Assembly: GCA_036444275.1 (NCBI GenBank)
Contig: JAZGAD010000054.1
Location: forward strand, 1-11,516
DNA length: 11,516 bases
Direction: 5' to 3'
DNA from: Candidatus Hydrothermarchaeales archaeon
GTDB lineage: Archaea; Hydrothermarchaeota; Hydrothermarchaeia; Hydrothermarchaeales; JAZGAD01
Below the pieces are notes generated by a model, which was not told the origin of the DNA, searched no databases, and saw only the letters and a program-made list of their open reading frames with translations. Both the position numbers and the translations under genes were made by a program. Below are positions 7,067 to 11,516 of this stretch, piece after piece (within the stretch, counting starts at the first letter, position 1; every line of letters starts with the position of its first letter).

Positions 7067-7071
7067 TTTGT
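7067..7071 (+). repeat. Right target-site duplication TTTGT
   Basis: Directly abuts the right TIR; identical to 2363-2367. Confidence 0.9.
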
Positions 7072-7159
7072 GCTAAGTGAGGAGAAGTAGCTATCTAATT
7101 ACTAAAACCAGGGTCGACCGAAAGAGATATACTTCTTTTCTTATATTTCTTAAAGAACC

Positions 7160-7657
7160 ATGTTCATCTGCGATATATGCTTAAAAAACGAGATCCTCTG
7201 CCCAGGATGCGAGGATAAATTACAAAAGGGTGACATCACCGAGTTGGAGGTAGCACTCTCCAAGACACTTTACAAGCTAAGTGACACATTTCCGGGTTTA
7301 AGAGCTGTGGAGTTACTAAGGGTGATCGAAGCCGATGAACTCGTGATTGTTCTCACCAAGAAGGGACATGCTAGGAGACTGGTTGGGAAAGGAGGGCGGG
7401 TTATTAAGGAGATTACCAAAGAGATGGGCAGAAAGGTAAAGGCATTGGAAGAAGCTGGGGATAAGGAGCTGGTGGAGGCTCTTCTCTTCCCAGCGCGAGT
7501 ACTAAGGGTAAATATCCTGTATCTACCTGGAGAAGGTGAGAAATTCAAGGTTCTCGTACCGAAAGGGGACGCTTCAAAGCTGCTGACCAGCGTGACCGCG
7601 CTACAAGAAGCCCTAAGGGAGCTCACTGGAAAGAATATGGTCATAGCGTTCGAATAA
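7160..7657 (+). CDS. Archaeal NusA-like KH-domain protein with N-terminal Cys cluster
   Basis: ICDICLKNEILCPGC N-terminus, KH loop LVGKGGRVIK, and LLFPARVLRVN. This is the archaeal NusA-like paralog pattern. Confidence 0.8.
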   Translation: MFICDICLKNEILCPGCEDKLQKGDITELEVALSKTLYKLSDTFPGLRAVELLRVIEADELVIVLTKKGHARRLVGKGGRVIKEITKEMGRKVKALEEAGDKELVEALLFPARVLRVNILYLPGEGEKFKVLVPKGDASKLLTSVTALQEALRELTGKNMVIAFE

Positions 7658-7688
7658 CTTAAATACGTACCGGGAGGATTCTAGAGTA

Positions 7689-8837
7689 ATGCAATTGAAA
7701 AGCTCTAGGCTCAAAGGCATGCGGATAGCGCACTGCGTCACTGGGAGCGTGGCAGCCATCGAGGCACCGAAGATAGCACGGGAACTCAAGAGGCATGGCG
7801 CGCAAGTCCAAGTATACATGAGTAGAGCGGCCCAAAAGATCATCCACCCCTACACCATGCAGTTCGCTGCAGAGACGGTTGTAACAAAGCTAACAGGTGG
7901 GATGGAACACCTGCGAGAATTCGATCTCGTATTGATAGCACCTGCTACAGCAACAACCATGAGCAAGATAGCAGTGGGCATAGCAGACAGCCCGGTAACA
8001 GCACTGGCACTAGCGTCAAGGGCTAAGATGGTAATTGCACCAGCTATGGCTATGAAGATGTACGAGAGCCGTGCCTTAAAAGAGAATATTGAAAAACTTA
8101 AGGCGAGGGGATGTGTCTTTGTAGAGCCTAAATTCGAGGAGGGAAAGGCAAAGCTTGCACAGCTAGATGAGGTGGTAGACGCAGTTATCGCCGGACTTGT
8201 AGAGAAAAACTTAGCAGGTATGAAGGTGGTGGTAACAGCAGGCCCGACCATAGAATACATAGACCCTCTTAGGATAATCACCAATAAGAGTTCAGGCATG
8301 ATGGGCATAGAATTAGCGAAGGAGGCTTACCGCAGGGGGGCAGAGGTAAAGCTCATCTACGCCCCCGGATGTATCGAAGTACCTCGCTATTTGGATGTTG
8401 CTAGGGTTGAGACCTCTGCGGAGATGCTCTCACAAGTAAAAAAAAGTAAGTGCGACGTCTTCGTGTTTGCTGCTGCAGTCGCGGATTTCAGCCCGAAGAA
8501 AGCTAGGGAGAAGATAGACTCTAAAAAAGGCTGTATCGAACTCAATTTGTATCCTACGCCCAAGATCATCGATGAAGTGCAGGATTCAAAGGCAGTAAGA
8601 GTAGCCTTCAAGGCCCTGCATAATGCTTCAGGAAAGGAGTTAAAAACAGCTGCCAAGAATGCACTAGCGGAATATCATGTCGACATAGCTGTGGCAAACG
8701 ATGCATCAAAGGTGATGGGGGCTGAAGATAGCGAGGTCTATATCGCGACTGAGAAGAGCGTTGAGCATGTGCCTCTTGTCTCCAAGGCAGAGGTGGCCAA
8801 GCGCATCTGGGATACCGTTAAGGAATTAAAAAAATGA
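7689..8837 (+). CDS. coaBC: Bifunctional phosphopantothenoylcysteine decarboxylase / phosphopantothenate-cysteine ligase (Dfp)
   Basis: VTGSVAA, MEH, APATATTMSKIAVGIAD, PAM, EEGKAK; then VVVTAGPTIEYIDPLRIITNKSSG.MG, AAAVADF, KI, VAND. Confidence 0.96.
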   Translation: MQLKSSRLKGMRIAHCVTGSVAAIEAPKIARELKRHGAQVQVYMSRAAQKIIHPYTMQFAAETVVTKLTGGMEHLREFDLVLIAPATATTMSKIAVGIADSPVTALALASRAKMVIAPAMAMKMYESRALKENIEKLKARGCVFVEPKFEEGKAKLAQLDEVVDAVIAGLVEKNLAGMKVVVTAGPTIEYIDPLRIITNKSSGMMGIELAKEAYRRGAEVKLIYAPGCIEVPRYLDVARVETSAEMLSQVKKSKCDVFVFAAAVADFSPKKAREKIDSKKGCIELNLYPTPKIIDEVQDSKAVRVAFKALHNASGKELKTAAKNALAEYHVDIAVANDASKVMGAEDSEVYIATEKSVEHVPLVSKAEVAKRIWDTVKELKK

Positions 8838-9706
8838 GGGCCAGTGCTTTCGTACCAGGGCACATAACAGGCTTCTTCAAGCCGGTGAAGCACCGGGAAT
8901 ACCTAAGATACGGCTCCATAGGCTGTGGAGTTGTGATAAGCAAGGGCGTATACACCAATGTCCGTGTGAGAGAAGCCGAGAAGAACGCTCTCCACATTTT
9001 CATCGATGGAGAGGAGAAAACATGCCCAGTCACAGAGGCGGTAGCGAGGGATGTCCTGAAACTGGCAGACGGCAGGTATAAAGCAGAGATATTCCACGAG
9101 GTAGATATACCCATAAGTCAGGGCTTCGGGAGCAGTGCAGCTGGAGCATTGGGCACTGCTTTATGCCTCAGCAAGGCACTGCAGCTCCCTTTGACCCTTA
9201 ATCACTGCGGCGGGATCGCTCATCGAGCAGAGGTGAGGAACAAGACAGGGTTAGGGGATGTCATAGCAGAGTACTACGGCGGCTTAGTCGTGAGGCTAGC
9301 GCCCGGGGCACCAGGAATAGGAGTGATAGATAAAATCCCCTGTGAGGACTACGTTGTGGCTTGGGTGGTTGGGGAGCCGCTGGACACTAAAACAATCCTG
9401 CTGAACAAGAAGAAAAGCAAGAGGATCAGCTCGATGGCTGAGAAGTCCATGGAGTCTTTGTTTAGGTACCCCAACCCAGAGAACTTCCTTCAAGCATCGA
9501 GAAGGTTTGCCTTGGATTCACAGCTCATGAGCAAAGAGGTATACTCAGCCGTAAAGATTTTAGAGGAGAAGAACATACCTGCAAGTATGGTAATGCTTGG
9601 CAACTCAGTATTTACTCTCACCAGAGATCCAGAACGAGTAGAGCATGCTCTGGATTGCCCGAGCATTGTGGCTGAGATAGATTCCTTGGGAGCGAGGACA
9701 GTATGA
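8834..9706 (+). CDS. pok: Pantoate kinase (GHMP kinase family, PoK)
   Basis: AFVPGHITGFF, GSIGCG, PISQGFGSSAAGALG (GHMP loop), AHRAEV...TGLGDV, SMVMLGNSVF. ATGA overlap with coaBC. Confidence 0.93.
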   Translation: MRASAFVPGHITGFFKPVKHREYLRYGSIGCGVVISKGVYTNVRVREAEKNALHIFIDGEEKTCPVTEAVARDVLKLADGRYKAEIFHEVDIPISQGFGSSAAGALGTALCLSKALQLPLTLNHCGGIAHRAEVRNKTGLGDVIAEYYGGLVVRLAPGAPGIGVIDKIPCEDYVVAWVVGEPLDTKTILLNKKKSKRISSMAEKSMESLFRYPNPENFLQASRRFALDSQLMSKEVYSAVKILEEKNIPASMVMLGNSVFTLTRDPERVEHALDCPSIVAEIDSLGARTV

Positions 9707-10302
9707 GGTCCAGGCTTAGAAGTTACTTCATCACTGGGCTATTGATATTTGTGCCCCTAGTGGCTACGATATATATACTCTGGATCGCCTTCCTATTCTT
9801 CGACAGCATCCTCAGGCCGGTGGTAAGCGTTGTTATAGGTCGAGAGATACCGGGTCTGAGCCTCGCCGTAACTGTCCTCATTATACTCCTCATAGGTGTG
9901 ACAACAACTCTTGCCGCTGGGAAGAAGGTTCTAGAAGTCTTCGAGGAAAGCCTGCTGAAGATACCGGTGGTAAGCGGGATATACTCGATAGTAAAACAGG
10001 CTAGCATAGTATTCTTCGTGCAGAATCCGGGTGAATCCAGAAACGTTGTACTGGTAGAATACCCGAGGAAGGGGATGTATGCGATGGGCTTCACAGCGTC
10101 TGCCACCGTGGATACGATCCAGGAGAAGACCGCTCAAAAGACGATAAACGTGTTCATCCCTAGTACACCGAATCCGACGACGGGCTTTCTGATAATGGTT
10201 CCAGAGGAGGAGGTTATACCTCTTGATTTGAGTATGGAAGAAGCCCTCAGGCTGCTCCTATCAGGCGGCCTACTGGACATCCAGGGTGAGAAAAATAAAT
10301 GA
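9703..10302 (+). CDS. DUF502 family membrane protein
   Basis: YFITGLLIFVPLVAT, IPVVSGIYSIVKQ, VVLVEYPRKG, VFIPSTPNPTTGFL. ATGA overlaps at both ends. Confidence 0.9.
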   Translation: MRSRLRSYFITGLLIFVPLVATIYILWIAFLFFDSILRPVVSVVIGREIPGLSLAVTVLIILLIGVTTTLAAGKKVLEVFEESLLKIPVVSGIYSIVKQASIVFFVQNPGESRNVVLVEYPRKGMYAMGFTASATVDTIQEKTAQKTINVFIPSTPNPTTGFLIMVPEEEVIPLDLSMEEALRLLLSGGLLDIQGEKNK

Positions 10303-11042
10303 TACCCAAGGGGCACCCACGATACGAGTCCCTTAAGCAGAGAGAAGCATTAGTAGCAGGCTACGAGAAGGGAGTAACGGTTCTAGAAGGGCTCATTGCA
10401 CATGGGAGGGGCGAAGCCTTCGACTACCTGCTGGACGAGAAGACCATACCACCCGCTAAGAAGGCGATTCTTGCTTCTGCTGCTCTTCTCTGCACTGCGG
10501 AAAACCCGGTAGTATCGGTCAATGGCAATACCGCTGTTTTATGTTCAAGCGCATTAGTAGAGTTGGCTAGGGAAAGCGGAGCAAAGCTAGAAGTCAACCT
10601 CTTCTATCGCTCAAACAAAAGGGTGAAGCTTATAGAGGAGATTCTGCTGGAGCACGGTGCCAAAAAGGTGTATGGTGCTGCCGCTAGCGCAGAGATAGAA
10701 GGCTTATCCAGCGAGCGCAGGAAAGTCGATAAAAACGGGATATACGCTAGCGACGTGGTACTTGTGCCTTTGGAAGATGGCGACCGCACCGAGGCCCTCG
10801 TGAGGGTTGGGAAAAAGGTTATAGCAATAGACCTGAATCCACTCTCAAGGACATCGAGGCACGCTACAATAACCATAGTGGACAACATTGTAAGGGCCAT
10901 ACCAGCGTTGACACAAGAGGTCAGGAAGCTTAAGGATAAGAATCTAAAGGAACTACAGGAGATCGTTATGTTCGACAATCACGAGAACCTGAAGGCATCG
11001 CTGGAAATTGTAAACACAAAGCTCAAGCAGTTGAAGCTTTAA
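10299..11042 (+). CDS. pps: 4-phosphopantoate--beta-alanine ligase (phosphopantothenate synthetase, PPS)
   Basis: HPRYESL, GLIAHGRGEAFDYL, SVNGN, EVNLFYR, VPLEDGDRTEAL, IDLNPLSRT, VDNIVRA. Confidence 0.95.
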   Translation: MIPKGHPRYESLKQREALVAGYEKGVTVLEGLIAHGRGEAFDYLLDEKTIPPAKKAILASAALLCTAENPVVSVNGNTAVLCSSALVELARESGAKLEVNLFYRSNKRVKLIEEILLEHGAKKVYGAAASAEIEGLSSERRKVDKNGIYASDVVLVPLEDGDRTEALVRVGKKVIAIDLNPLSRTSRHATITIVDNIVRAIPALTQEVRKLKDKNLKELQEIVMFDNHENLKASLEIVNTKLKQLKL

Positions 11043-11164
11043 TCTAATTTTATTGGACCTGCATCAGTGTTTCTATCTCAGTCCTAGCTGTATCGCGTAG
11101 TCCTACGAATACGACCTTCGCGGGATGCTTGGAAATGGACTCTCCGAGAAAGCTCGCCATAGTT

Positions 11165-11516
11165 CTACTTCTTAAGTTCCTCGATCTTCTTCCTCAGCTT
11201 CTCCAACTCTGCCTTTACGTCTACCCGGCCCTGCTGGTCCAGAACATAGACTATGCCCGCTAACAGCACGATGAGCACTAACACAATGAACCAAGGCGTC
11301 TCATAAAGGGGCTTGGGTGGTGGTGTTGATGTAGGAGTAGGCGCTGGTGTAGGAGCAGGAGCCGTCGAAATAGGCCCCTCAGTTAGAGGAGGCGGAAGCG
11401 TAGTAGGAGCAGGTGTCGTTGGTGGAGGAGGAGTAGTCGGTGGAAGTGTAGTCGCTAGTGGAAGCGTAGTAGAAGCAGGCGTAGCAGCCGGTGGAGGAAG
11501 AGTTACCGATCCCGAG
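11165..11516 (-). CDS. Pro/Thr-rich membrane-anchored surface protein, C-terminal part (5' end outside window)
   Basis: Manual translation: SGSVTLPPPAATPASTTLPLATTLPPTTPPPPTTPAPTTLPPPLTEGPISTAPAPTPAPTPTSTPPPKPLYETPWFIVLVLIVLLAGIVYVLDQQGRVDVKAELEKLRKKIEELKK*, stop TAG at 11165-11167. Absent from the ORF track because no start lies in the window. Confidence 0.85.
   Translation of the reverse strand, partial: SGSVTLPPPAATPASTTLPLATTLPPTTPPPPTTPAPTTLPPPLTEGPISTAPAPTPAPTPTSTPPPKPLYETPWFIVLVLIVLLAGIVYVLDQQGRVDVKAELEKLRKKIEELKK

Noticed and set aside
7071-7080. TGCTAAGTGA just outside the right end resembles the internal TGCTAATTAAGTGA motif
   Set aside because: Only a short gapped match in AT-rich DNA; chance cannot be excluded.
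7270-10978. Minus-strand ORFs across the NusA-like gene and CoA operon
   Set aside because: Antisense shadows of conserved housekeeping genes.
11050-11160. 36-aa minus-strand ORF MASFLGESISKHPAKVVFVGLRDTARTEIETLMQVQ starting 4 bp after the surface-protein stop
   Set aside because: It fills the intergenic gap neatly but is too short and has no recognisable motif, so it cannot be supported without homology or ribosome data.
11315-11505. Degenerate GGT/GGA/GTA repeats near the window end
   Set aside because: Explained by Pro/Thr/Ala codons of the minus-strand stalk; not a separate DNA repeat element.

Overview
Archaeal chromosomal window. The phosphopantothenate route to CoA (PoK/PPS), PriS primase and TATA-box promoters all point to Archaea. 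A housekeeping backbone on the + strand (3' end of an RPA-like gene, HEAT-repeat protein, YgjP/M48-like HExxH metalloprotein, priS | NusA-like KH protein, coaBC, pantoate kinase, DUF502, phosphopantothenate synthetase) is interrupted 23 bp after the priS stop by a 4,699-bp mobile unit (2368-7066). This unit has perfect 20-bp terminal inverted repeats (CAGTAGACCACAATGTAGAT) and a 5-bp target-site duplication (TTTGT). It contains a 5'-truncated, doubly frameshifted ISH3-family transposase and a passenger membrane gene. Where the front of the transposase should be, there is a ~3.2-kb mostly AT-rich cargo block: the 3' end of a second DDE transposase, two membrane-associated ORFs, an intact AlbA_2/Schlafen-domain protein and a 5'-truncated transglutaminase-like gene. 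Both cargo edges cut through genes and share a short direct repeat (GAAtTCATGGAG / GAAgTCATGGAG). The best reading is a non-autonomous, gene-capturing ('Pack'-like) ISH3 derivative carrying a candidate defence nuclease. The window ends in the 3' part of a convergent Pro/Thr-rich membrane-anchored surface protein gene. All family assignments come from motif recognition by eye, not database searches.
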